In this document: piece by piece, positions 29,680-44,989 of the stretch
Layout: every line of letters starts with the position of its first letter
How positions within the stretch are numbered: the first letter of the stretch is position 1
Source: Eledone cirrhosa
Taxonomy: Eukaryota
Length of the DNA: 64,000 bases
Direction of reading: 5' to 3'
Assembly: GCA_964016885.1 (NCBI GenBank)
Contig: OZ024744.1
Span: forward strand, 119,102,001-119,166,000
The notes under the pieces: generated by a model
Told to the model about the DNA's origin: nothing
Database searches by the model: none
What the model saw: only the letters and a program-made list of their open reading frames with translations
Made by a program: the position numbers and the translations under genes

Positions 29680-32580
29680 GTTACAAACATTATTACTGTA
29701 ACAACTGACTAATGTTACTAACATCATTACTGTAACATATGACTAATGTTACTAACATTATTACTGTAACAACTGACTAATGTTACTAACATTATTACTG
29801 TAACAACTGACTTGCTGTTACTAACATTATTACTGTAACAACTGACTTGCTGTTACTAACATTATTACTGTAACAACTGACTTGGTGTTACTAACATTAT
29901 TACTGTAACAACTGACTTGGTGTTACTAACATTATTACTGTAACAACTGACTAATGTTACTAACATTATTACTGTAACAACTGACTTGGTGTTACTAACA
30001 TTATTACTGTAACAACTGACTTGGTGTTACTAACATTATTACTGTAACAACTGACTTGCTGTTACTAACATTATTACTGTAACAATTGACTTGGTGTTAC
30101 TAACATTATTACTGTAACAACTGACTAATGTTACTAACATTATTACTGTAACAACTGACTTGGTGTTACTAACATTATTACTGTTACAACTGACTTGGTG
30201 TTACTAACATTATTACTGTAACAACTGACTAATGCTACTAACATTATTACTGTAACCACTGACTAATGTTACTAATATTATTACTGTAACAACTGACTTG
30301 GTGTTACTAACATGATTACTGTAAGAACTGACTAATGTTACTAACATTATTACTGTAACAACTGACTAATGGTACTAACATTATTAATGTAACAACTGAC
30401 TTGGTTTTACTAACATTATTAGTGTAACAACTGACTAATGTTACTAACATTATTACTGTAACAACTGACTAATGTTACAAACATTATTACTGTAACAACT
30501 GACTAATGTTACTAACATCATTACTGTAACATATGACTAATGTTACTAACATTATTACTCTAACAACTGACTAATGTTACTAACATTATTACTGTAACAA
30601 CTGACTAATGTTACTAACATTATTACTGTAACAACTGACTTGGTGTTACTAACATTATTACTGTAACTACTGACTTGGTGTTACTAACATTACTACTGTA
30701 ACAACTGACTTGGTGTTACTAACATTATTACTGTAACAACTGACTAATGTTACTAACATTATTACTGTTACAACTGACTTGGTGTTACTAACATTATTAC
30801 TGTAACAACTGACTTGGTGTTACTAACATTATTACTGTAACAACTGACTAATGTTACTAACATTATTACTGTAACAACTGACTAATGTTACTAACATTAT
30901 TACTGTAACAACTGACTTGGTGTTACTAACATTATTACTGTAACAACTGACTTGGTGTTACTAACATTATTACTGTAACAACTGACTTGGTGTTACTAAC
31001 ATTATTACTGTAACAACTGACTTGGTGTTACTAACATTATTACTGTAACAACTGACTTGGTGTTACTAACATTATTACTGTAACAACTGACTTGGTGTTA
31101 CTAACATTATTACTGTAACAACTGACTAATGTTACAAACATTATTACTGTAACAACTGACTAATGTTACTAACATCATTACTGTAACATATGACTAATGT
31201 TACTAACATTATTACTGTAACAACTGACTAATGTTACTAACATTATTACTGTAACAACTGACTTGCTGTTACTAACATTATTACTGTAACAACTGACTTG
31301 CTGTTACTAACATTATTACTGTAACAACTGACTTGGTGTTACTAACATTATTACTGTAACAACTGACTTGGTGTTACTAACATTATTACTGTAACAACTG
31401 ACTAATGTTACTAACATTATTACTGTAACAACTGACTTGGTGTTACTAACATTATTACTGTAACAACTGACTTGGTGTTACTAACATTATTACTGTAACA
31501 ACTGACTTGCTGTTACTAACATTATTACTGTAACAATTGACTTGGTGTTACTAACATTATTACTGTAACAACTGACTAATGTTACTAACATTATTACTGT
31601 AACAACTGACTTGGTGTTACTAACATTATTACTGTTACAACTGACTTGGTGTTACTAACATTATTACTGTAACAACTGACTAATGCTACTAACATTATTA
31701 CTGTAACCACTGACTAATGTTACTAATATTATTACTGTAACAACTGACTTGGTGTTACTAACATGATTACTGTAAGAACTGACTAATGTTACTAACATTA
31801 TTACTGTAACAACTGACTAATGGTACTAACATTATTAATGTAACAACTGACTTGGTTTTACTAACATTATTAGTGTAACAACTGACTAATGTTACTAACA
31901 TTATTACTGTAACAACTGACTAATGTTACAAACATTATTACTGTAACAACTGACTAATGTTACTAACATCATTACTGTAACATATGACTAATGTTACTAA
32001 CATTATTACTCTAACAACTGACTAATGTTACTAACATTATTACTGTAACAACTGACTAATGTTACTAACATTATTACTGTAACAACTGACTTGGTGTTAC
32101 TAACATTATTACTGTAACTACTGACTTGGTGTTACTAACATTACTACTGTAACAACTGACTTGGTGTTACTAACATTATTACTGTAACAACTGACTAATG
32201 TTACTAACATTATTACTGTTACAACTGACTTGGTGTTACTAACATTATTACTGTAACAACTGACTTGGTGTTACTAACATTATTACTGTAACAACTGACT
32301 AATGTTACTAACATTATTACTGTAACAACTGACTAATGTTACTAACATTATTACTGTAACAACTGACTTGGTGTTACTAACATTATTACTGTAACAACTG
32401 ACTTGGTGTTACTAACATTATTACTGTAACAACTGACTTGGTGTTACTAACATTATTACTGTAACAACTGACTTGGTGTTACTAACATTATTACTGTAAC
32501 AACTGACTTGGTGTTACTAACATTATTACTGTAACAACTGACTTGGTGTTACTAACATTATTACTGTAACAACTGACTAA
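29680..32580. repeat. Higher-order tandem duplication, 1451 bp x2
   Basis: TATGAC 29738/31189 and 30532/31983, and GTAAGAAC 30321/31772, are offset by 1451. Confidence 0.85.
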
Positions 32581-35500
32581 TGTTACTAACATTATTACTG
32601 TAACAACTGACTTGGTGTTACTAACATTATTACTGTAACAATTGACTTGGTGTTACTAACATTATTACTGTAACAATTGACTAATGTTACTAACATTATT
32701 ACTGTAACAACTGACTTGGTGTTACTAACATTATTACTGTAACAACTGACTTGGTGTTACTAACATTATTACTGTAACAACTGACTTGGTGTTACTAACA
32801 TTATTGCTGTAACAACTGACTTGGTGTTACTAACATTATTACTGTAACTACTAACTAATGTTACTAACATTATTACTGTAACAACTGACTTGGTGTTACT
32901 AACATTATTACTGTAACAATTGACTTGGTGTTACTAACATTATTACTGTAACAACTGACTAATGTTAGTAACATTATTACTGTAACAACTGACTAATGGT
33001 ACTAACATTATTACTGTAACAACTGACTTGGTGTTACTAACGTTATTACTGTAACAACTGACTTGGTGTTACTAACATTATTACTGTAACAACTGACTTG
33101 GTGTTACTAACATTATTACTGTAACAACTGACTTGGTGTTACTAACATTATTACTGTAACAACTGACTTGGTGTTACTAACATTATTACTGTAACAACTG
33201 ACTTGGTGTTACTAACATTATTGCTGTAACAACTGACTTGGTGTTACTAACATTATTACTGTAACTACTAACTAATGTTACTAACATTATTACTGTAACA
33301 ACTGACTTGGTGTTACTAACATTATTACTGTAACAATTGACTTGGTGTTACTAACATTATTACTGTAACAACTGACTAATGTTACTAACATTATTACTGT
33401 AACAACTGACTAATGGTACTAACATTATTACTGTAACAACACACTTGGTGTTACTAACGTTATTACTGTAACAACTGACTTGGTGTTACTAACATTATTA
33501 CTGTAACAACTGACTTGGTGTTACTAACATTATTACTGTAACAACTGACTTGGTGTTACTAACATTATTACTGTAACAACTGACTTGGTGTTACTAACAT
33601 TATTGCTGTAACAACTGACTTGGTGTTATTAACATTATTACTGTAACAACTGACTTGGTGTTACTAACATTATTAGTGTAACACCTGACTTGGTGTTACT
33701 AACATTATTACTGTAACAACTGACTTGCTGTTACTAACATTATTACTGTAACAACTGACTTGGTGTTACTAACATTATTACTGTAACAACTGACTAATGT
33801 TACTAACATTATTACTGTAACAACTGACTAATGTTACTAACATTATTACTGTAACAACTGACTTGCTGTTACTAACATTATTACTGTAACAACTGACTTG
33901 CTGTTACTAACATTATTACTGTAACAACTGACTTGGTGTTACTAACATTATTACTGTAACAACTGACTTGGTGTTACTAACATTATTACTGTAACAACTG
34001 ACTAATGTTACTAACATTATTACTGTAACAACTGACTTGGTGTTACTAACATTATTACTGTAACAACTGACTTGGTGTTACTAACATTATTACTGTAACA
34101 ACTGACTTGCTGTTACTAACATTATTACTGTAACAATTGACTTGGTGTTACTAACATTATTACTGTAACAACTGACTAATGTTACTAACATTATTACTGT
34201 AACAACTGACTTTGTGTTACTAACATTATTACTGTTACAACTGACTTGGTGTTACTAACATTATTACTGTAACAACTGACTAATGCTACTAACATTATTA
34301 CTGTAACCACTAACTAATGTTACTAATATTATTACTGTAACAACTGACTTGGTGTTACTAACATTATTACTGTAACAACTGACTTGGTGTTACTAACATG
34401 ATTACTGTAACAAGTGACTAATGTTACTAACATTATTACTGTAACAACTGACTAATGGTACTAACATTATTAATGTAACAACTGACTTGGTGTTACTAAC
34501 ATTATTAGTGTAACAACTGACTAATGTTACTAACATTATTACTGTAACAACTGACTAATGTTACAAACATTATTACTGTAACAACTGACTAATGTTACTA
34601 ACATCATTACTGTAACATATGACTAATGTTACAAACATTATTACTCTAACAACTGACTAATGTTACTAACATTATTACTGTAACAACTGACTAATGTTAC
34701 TAACATTATTACTGTAACAACTGACTTGGTGTTACTAACATTATTACTGTAACTACTGACTTGGTGTTACTAACATTACTACTGTAACAACTGACTTGGT
34801 GTTACTAACATTATTACTGTAACAACTGACTAATGTTACTAACATTATTACTGTTACAACTGACTTGGTGTTACTAACATTATTACTGTAACAACTGACT
34901 TGGTGTTACTAACATTATTACTGTAACAACTGACTAATGTTACTAACATTATTACTGTAACAACTGACTTGGTGTTACTAACATTATTACTGTAACAATT
35001 GACTTGGTGTTACTAACATTATTACTGTAACAACTGACTTGGTGTTACTAACATTATTACTGTAACAACTGACTTGGTATTACTAACATTATTACTGTAA
35101 CAACTGACTAATGTTACTAACATTATTACTGTAACAACTGACTTGGTGTTACTAACATTATTACTGTAACAACTGACTTGGTGTTACTAACATTATTACT
35201 GTAACAACTGACTAATGTTACTAACATTATTACTGTAACAACTGACTAATGGTACTAACATTATTACTGTAACAACTGACTTGGTGTCACTAACATTATT
35301 ACTGTAACAACTGACTTGGTGTTACTAACATTATTACTGTAACAACTGACTAATGTTACTAACATTATTACTGTAACAACTGACTAATGTTACTAACATT
35401 ATTACTGTAACAACTGACTAATGTTACTAACATTATTACTGTAACAAATGACTAATGTTACTAACATTATTACTGTAACAACTGACTAATGTTACTAACA

Positions 35501-38500
35501 TTATTACTGTAACAACTGACTAATGTTACTAACATTATTACTGTAACAACTGACTTGGTGTTACTAACATTATTACTGTAACAACTGACTAATGTTACTA
35601 CCATTATTACTGTAACAACTGACTAATGTTACTAACATTATTACTGTAACAACTGACTTGGTGTTACTAACATTATTATTGTAACTACTAACTAATGTTA
35701 CTAACATTATTACTGTAACAACTGACTTGGTGTTACTAACATTATTACTGTAAAAACTGACTTGGTGTTACTAACATTATTACTGTAACAACTGACTTGG
35801 TGTTACTAATATTATTACTGTAACAACTGACTTGGTGTTACTAACATTATTACTGTAACAACTGACTAAAGTTACTAACATTATTACTGTAACAACTGAC
35901 TTGGTGTTACTAACATTATTACTGTAACAACTGACTTGGTGTTACTAACATTATTACTGTAACAACTGACTAATGTTACTAACATTATTACTGTAACAAC
36001 TCACTTGGTGTTACTAACATTATTACTGTAACAACTGACTTGGTGTTACTTACATTATTACTGTAACAACTGACTTGGTGTTACTAACATTATTACTGTA
36101 ACAACTGACTAATGTTTCCTACATTATTACTGTAACAATTGACTTGGTGTTACTAACATTATTACTGTAACAACTGACTAATGTTACTAACATTATTACT
36201 GTAACAACTGACTTGGTGTTACTTACATTATTACTGTAACAACTGACTTGGTGTTACTAACATTATTACTGTAACAACTGACTAATGTTTCCTACATTAT
36301 TACTGTAACAATTGACTTGGTGTTACTAACATTATTACTGTAACAACTGACTAATGTTACTAACATTATTACTGTAACAACTGACTAATGTTACTAACAT
36401 TATTACTGTAACAACTGACTTGCTGTTACTAACATTATTACTGTAACAACTGACTTGCTGTTACTAACATTATTACTGTAACAACTGACTTGATGTTACT
36501 AACATTATTACTGTAACAATTGACTTGGTGTTACTGACATTATTACTGTAACAACTGACTTGGTGTTACTAACATTATTACTGTAACAACTGACTAATGT
36601 TACTAACATTATTACTGTAACAACTGACTAATGTTACTAACATAATTACTGTAACAACTGACTTGCTGTTACTAACATTATTACTGTAACAACTGACTTG
36701 CTGTTACTAACATTATTACTGTAACAATTGACTTGGTGTTACTAACATTATTACTGTAACAACTGACTTGGTGTTACTAACATTATTACTGTAACAACTG
36801 ACTAATGTTACTAACATTATTACTGTAACAACTGACTAATGTTACTAACATTATTACTGTAACAACTGACTTGATGTTACCAACATTATTACTGTAACAA
36901 CTGACTTGCTGTTACTAACATTATTACTGTAACAACTGACTTGGTGTTACTAACATTATTACTGTAACAACTGACTAATGTTACTAACATTATTACTGTA
37001 ACAACTGACTAATGTTACTAACATTATTACTGTAACAACTGACTTGGTGTTACTAACATTATTACTGTAACAACTGACTTGGTGTTACTAACATTATTAC
37101 TGTAACAACTGACTTGGTGTTACTAACATTATTACTGTAACAACTGACTTGGTGTTACTAACATTATTACTGTAACAACTGACTTGGTGTTACTAACATT
37201 ATTACTGTAACAACTGACTTGGTGTTACTAACATTATTACTGTAACAACTGACTTGGTGTTACTAACATTATTACTGTAACAACTGACTAATGTTACTAA
37301 CATTATTACTGTAACAACTGACTAATGTTACTAACATTATTACTGTAACAACTGACTTGGTGTTACTAACATTATTACTGTAACAACTGACTTGGTGTTA
37401 CTAACATTATTACTGTAACAACTGACTTGGTGTTACTAACATTATTACTGTAACAACTGACTTGGTGTTACTAACATTATTACTGTAACAACTGACTTGG
37501 TGTTACTAACATTATTACTGTAACAACTGACTTGGTGTTACTAACATTATTACTGTAACAACTGACTAATGTTACTAACATTATTACTGTAACAACTGAC
37601 TTGGTGTTACTAACATTATTACTGTAACAATTGACTTGGTGTTACTAACATTATTACTGTAACAATTGACTAATGTTACTAACATTATTACTGTAACAAC
37701 TGACTTGGTGTTACTAACATTATTACTGTAACAACTGACTTGGTGTTACTAACATTATTACTGTAACTACTAACTAATGTTACTAACATTATTACTGTAA
37801 CAACTGACTTGGTGTTACTAACATTATTACTGTAACAACTGACTTGGTGTTACTAACATTATTACTGTAACAACTGACTTGGTGTTACTAACATTATTAC
37901 TGTAACAACTGACTTGGTGTTACTAACATTATTACTGTAACAACTGACTTGGTGTTACTAACATTATTGCTGTAACAACTGACTTGGTGTTACTAACATT
38001 ATTACTGTAACTACTAACTAATGTTACTAACATTATTACTGTAACAACTGACTTGGTGTTACTAACATTATTACTGTAACAATTGACTTGGTGTTACTAA
38101 CATTATTACTGTAACAACTGACTAATGTTACTAACATTATTACTGTAACAACTGACTAATGGTACTAACATTATTACTGTAACAACTGACTTGGTGTTAC
38201 TAACGTTATTACTGTAACAACTGACTTGGTGTTACTAACATTATTACTGTAACAACTGACTTGGTGTTACTAACATTATTACTGTAACAACTGACTTGGT
38301 GTTACTAACATTATTACTGTAACAACTGACTTGGTGTTACTAACATTATTACTGTAACAACTGACTTGGTGTTACTAACATTATTGCTGTAACAACTGAC
38401 TTGGTGTTACTAACATTATTACTGTAACTACTAACTAATGTTACTAACATTATTACTGTAACAACTGACTTGGTGTTACTAACATTATTACTGTAACAAT

Positions 38501-41500
38501 TGACTTGGTGTTACTAACATTATTACTGTAACAACTGACTAATGTTACTAACATTATTACTGTAACAACTGACTAATGGTACTAACATTATTACTGTAAC
38601 AACTGACTTGGTGTTACTAACGTTATTACTGTAACAACTGACTTGGTGTTACTAACATTATTACTGTAACAACTGACTTGGTGTTACTAACATTATTACT
38701 GTAACAACTGACTTGGTGTTACTAACATTATTACTGTAACAACTGACTTGGTGTTACTAACATTATTGCTGTAACAACTGACTTGGTGTTATTAACATTA
38801 TTACTGTAACAACTGACTTGGTGTTACTAACATTATTAGTGTAACACCTGACTTGGTGTTACTAACATTATTACTGTAACAACTGACTTGCTGTTACTAA
38901 CATTATTACTGTAACAACTGACTTGGTGTTACTAACATTATTACTGTAACAACTGACTAATGTTACTAACATTATTACTGTAACAACTGACTAATGTTAC
39001 TAACATTATTACTGTAACAACTGACTTGCTGTTACTAACATTATTACTGTAACAACTGACTTGCTGTTACTAACATTATTACTGTAACAACTGACTTGGT
39101 GTTACTAACATTATTACTGTAACAACTGACTTGGTGTTACTAGCATTATTACTGTAACAACTGACTAATGTTACTAACATTATTACTGTAACAACTGACT
39201 TGGTGTTACTAACATTATTACTGTAACAACTGACTTGGTGTTACTAACATTATTACTGTAACAACTGACTTGCTGTTACTAACATTATTACTGTAACAAT
39301 TGACTTGGTGTTACTAACATTATTACTGTAACAACTGACTAATGTTACTAACATTATTACTGTAACAACTGACTTGGTGTTACTAACATTATTACTGTTA
39401 CAACTGACTTGGTGTTACTAACATTATTACTGTAACAACTGACTAATGCTACTAACATTATTACTGTAACCACTGACTAATGTTACTAATATTATTACTG
39501 TAACAACTGACTTGGTGTTACTAACATTATTACTGTAACAACTGACTTGGTGTTACTAACATGATTACTGTAACAACTGACTAATGTTACTAACATTATT
39601 ACTGTAACAACTGACTAATGGTACTAACATTATTAATGTAACAACTGACTTGGTGTTACTAACATTATTAGTGTAACAACTGACTAATGTTACTAACATT
39701 ATTACTGTAACAACTGACTAATGTTACAAACATTATTACTGTAACAACTGACTAATGTTACTAACATCATTACTGTAACATATGACTAATGTTACTAACA
39801 TTATTACTCTAACAACTGACTAATGTTACTAACATTATTACTGTAACAACTGACTAATGTTACTAACATTATTACTGTAACAACTGACTTGGTGTTACTA
39901 ACATTATTACTGTAACTACTGACTTGGTGTTACTAACATTACTACTGTAACAACTGACTTGGTGTTACTAACATTATTACTGTAACAACTGACTAATGTT
40001 ACTAACATTATTACTGTTACAACTGACTTGGTGTTACTAACATTATTACTGTAACAACTGACTTGGTGTTACTAACATTATTACTGTAACAACTGACTAA
40101 TGTTACTAACATTATTACTGTAACAACTGACTAATGTTACTAACATTATTACTGTAACAACTGACTTGGTGTTACTAACATTATTACTGTAACAACTGAC
40201 TTGGTGTTACTAACATTATTACTGTAACAACTGACTTGGTGTTACTAACATTATTACTGTAACAACTGACTTGGTGTTACTAACATTATTACTGTAACAA
40301 CTGACTTGGTGTTACTAACATTATTACTGTAACAACTGACTTGGTGTTACTAACATTATTACTGTAACAACTGACTAATGTTACTAACATTATTACTGTA
40401 ACAACTGACTTGGTGTTACTAACATTATTACTGTAACAATTGACTTGGTGTTACTAACATTATTACTGTAACAATTGACTAATGTTACTAACATTATTAC
40501 TGTAACAACTGACTTGGTGTTACTAACATTATTACTGTAACAACTGACTTGGTGTTACTAACATTATTACTGTAACTACTAACTAATGTTACTAACATTA
40601 TTACTGTAACAACTGACTTGGTGTTACTAACATTATTACTGTAACAACTGACTTGGTGTTACTAACATTATTACTGTAACAACTGACTTGGTGTTACTAA
40701 CATTATTACTGTAACAACTGACTTGGTGTTACTAACATTATTACTGTAACAACTGACTTGGTGTTACTAACATTATTGCTGTAACAACTGACTTGGTGTT
40801 ACTAACATTATTACTGTAACTACTAACTAATGTTACTAACATTATTACTGTAACAACTGACTTGGTGTTACTAACATTATTACTGTAACAATTGACTTGG
40901 TGTTACTAACATTATTACTGTAACAACTGACTAATGTTACTAACATTATTACTGTAACAACTGACTAATGGTACTAACATTATTACTGTAACAACTGACT
41001 TGGTGTTACTAACGTTATTACTGTAACAACTGACTTGGTGTTACTAACATTATTACTGTAACAACTGACTTGGTGTTACTAACATTATTACTGTAACAAC
41101 TGACTTGGTGTTACTAACATAATTACTGTAACAACTGACTTGGTGTTAGTAACATTATTGCTGTAACAACTGACTTGGTGTTATTAACATTATTACTGTA
41201 ACAACTGACTTGGTGTTACTAACATTATTAGTGTAACACCTGACTTGGTGTTACTAACATTATTACTGTAACAACTGACTTGGTGTTACTAACATTATTA
41301 CTGTAACAACTGACTAATGTTACTAACATTATTACTGTAACAACTGACTAATATTACTAACATTATTACTGTAACAACTGACTTGCTGTTACTAACATTA
41401 TTACTGTAACAACTGACTTGCTGTTACTAACATTATTACTGTAACAACTGACTTGGTGTTACTAACATTATTACTGTAACAACTGACTTGGTGTTACTAA

Positions 41501-44500
41501 CATTATTACTGTAACAACTGACTAATGTTACTAACATTATTACTGTAACAACTGACTTGGTGTTACTAACATTATTACTGTTACAACTGACTTGGTGTTA
41601 CTAACATTATTACTGTAACAACTGACTAATGCTACTAACATTATTACTGTAACCACTGACTAATGTTACTAATATTATTACTGTAACAACTGACTTGGTG
41701 TTACTAACATTATTACTGTAACAACTGACTTGGTGTTACTAACATGATTACTGTAACAACTGACTAATGTTACTAACATTATTACTGTAACAACTGACTA
41801 ATGGTACTAACATTATTAATGTAACAACTGACTTGGTGTTACTAACATTATTAGTGTAACAACTGACTAATGTTACTAACATTATTACTGTAACAACTGA
41901 CTAATGTTACAAACATTATTACTGTAACAACTGACTAATGTTACTAACATCATTACTGTAACATATGACTAATGTTACTAACATTATTACTCTAACAACT
42001 GACTAATGTTACTAACATTATTACTGTAACAACTGACTAATGTTACTAACATTATTACTGTTACAACTGACTTGGTGTTACTAACATTATTACTGTAACA
42101 ATTGTCTTGGTGTTACTAACATTATTACTGTAACAACTGACTTGGTGTTACTAACATTATTACTGTAACAACTGACTTGGTGTTACTAACATTATTACTG
42201 TAACAACTGACTAATGTTACTAACATTATTACTGTAACAACTGACTTGGTGTTACTAACATTATTACTGTAACAACTGACTTGGTGTTACTAACATTATT
42301 ACTGTAACAACTGACTAATGTTACTAACATTATTACTGTAACAACTGACTAATGGTACTAACATTATTACTGTAACAACTGACTTGGTGTCACTAACATT
42401 ATTACTGTAACAACTGACTTGGTGTTACTAACATTATTACTGTAACAACTGACTAATGTTACTAACATTACTACTGTAACAACTGACTAATGTTACTAAC
42501 ATTATTACTGTAACAACTGACTAATGTTACTAACATTATTACTGTAACAAATGACTAATGTTACTAACATTATTACTGTAACAACTGACTAATGTTACTA
42601 ACATTATTACTGTAACAACTGACTAATGTTACTAACATTATTACTGTAACAACTGACTTGGTGTTACTAACATTATTACTGTAACAACTGACTAATGTTA
42701 CTACCATTATTACTGTAACAACTGACTAATGTTACTAACATTATTACTGTAACAACTGACTTGGTGTTACTAACATTATTATTGTAACTACTAACTAATG
42801 TTACTAACATTATTACTGTAACAACTGACTTGGTGTTACTAACATTATTACTGTAAAAACTGACTTGGTGTTACTAACATTATTACTGTAACAACTGACT
42901 TGGTGTTACTAATATTATTACTGTAACAACTGACTTGGTGTTACTAACATTATTACTGTAACAACTGACTAAAGTTACTAACATTATTACTGTAACAAAT
43001 GACTTGGTGTTACTAACATTATTACTGTAACAACTGACTTGGTGTTACTAACATTATTACTGTAACAACTGACTAATGTTACTAACATTATTACTGTAAC
43101 AACTCACTTGGTGTTACTAACATTATTACTGTAACAACTGACTTGGTGTTACTTACATTATTACTGTAACAACTGACTTGGTGTTACTAACATTATTACT
43201 GTAACAACTGACTAATGTTTCCTACATTATTACTGTAACAATTGACTTGGTGTTACTAACATTATTACTGTAACAACTGACTAATGTTACTAACATTATT
43301 ACTGTAACAACTGACTTGGTGTTACTTAAATTATTACTGTAACAACTGACTTGGTGTTACTAACATTATTACTGTAACAACTGACTAATGTTTCCTACAT
43401 TATTACTGTAACAATTGACTTGGTGTTACTAACATTATTACTGTAACAACTGACTAATGTTACTAACATTATTACTGTAACAACTGACTAATGTTACTAA
43501 CATTATTACTGTAACAACTGACTTGCTGTTACTAACATTATTACTGTAACAACTGACTTGCTGTTACTAACATTATTACTGGAACAACTGACTTGCTGTT
43601 ACTAACATTATTACTGTAACAATTGACTTGGTGTTACTGACATTATTACTGTAACAACTGACTTGGTGTTACTAACATTATTACTGTAACAACTGACTAA
43701 TGTTACTAACATTATTACTGTAACAACTGACTAATGTTACTAACATAATTACTGTAACAACTGACTTGCTGTTACTAACATTATTACTGTAACAACTGAC
43801 TTGCTGTTACTAACATTATTACTGTAACAATTGACTTGGTGTTACTAACATTATTACTGTAACAACTGACTTGGTGTTACTAACATTATTACTGTAACAA
43901 CTGACTAATGTTACTAACATTATTACTGTAACAACTGACTAATGTTACTAACATTATTACTGTAACAACTGACTTGATGTTACCAACATTATTACTGTAA
44001 CAACTGACTTGCTGTTACTAACATTATTACTGTAACAACTGACTTGGTGTTACTAACATTATTACTGTAACAACTGACTAATGTTACTAACATTATTACT
44101 GTAACAACTGACTAATGTTACTAACATTATTACTGTAACAACTGACTTGGTGTTACTAACATTATTACTGTAACAACTGACTTGGTGTTACTAACATTAT
44201 TACTGTAACAACTGACTTGGTGTTACTAACATTATTACTGTAACAACTGACTTGGTGTTACTAACATTATTACTGTAACAACTGACTTGGTGTTACTAAC
44301 ATTATTACTGTAACAACTGACTAATGTTACTAACATTATTACTGTAACAACTGACTTGGTGTTACTAACATTATTACTGTAACAACTGACTTGGTGTTAC
44401 TAACATTATTACTGTAACAACTGACTTGGTGTTACTAACATTATTACTGTAACAACTGACTTGGTGTTACTAACATTACTACTGTGACAACTGACTAATG

Positions 44501-44989
44501 TTACTAACATTATTACTGTAACAACTGACTTGGTGTTACTAACATTATTACTGTAACAACTGACTAATGTTACTACCATTATTACTGTAACAACTGACTA
44601 ATGTTACTAACATTATTACTGTAACAACTGACTTGGTGTTACTAACATTATTATTGTAACTACTAACTAATGTTACTAACATTATTACTGTAACAACTGA
44701 CTTGGTGTTACTAACATTATTACTGTAAAAACTGACTTGGTGTTACTAACATTATTACTGTAACAACTGACTTGGTGTTACTAATATTATTACTGTAACA
44801 ACTGACTTGGTGTTACTAACATTATTACTGTAACAACTGACTAAAGTTACTAACATTATTACTGTAACAACTGACTTGGTGTTACTAACATTATTACTGT
44901 AACAACTGACTTGGTGATACTAACATTATTACTGTAACAACTGACTAATGTTACTAACATTATTACTGTAACAACTCACTTGGTGTTAC

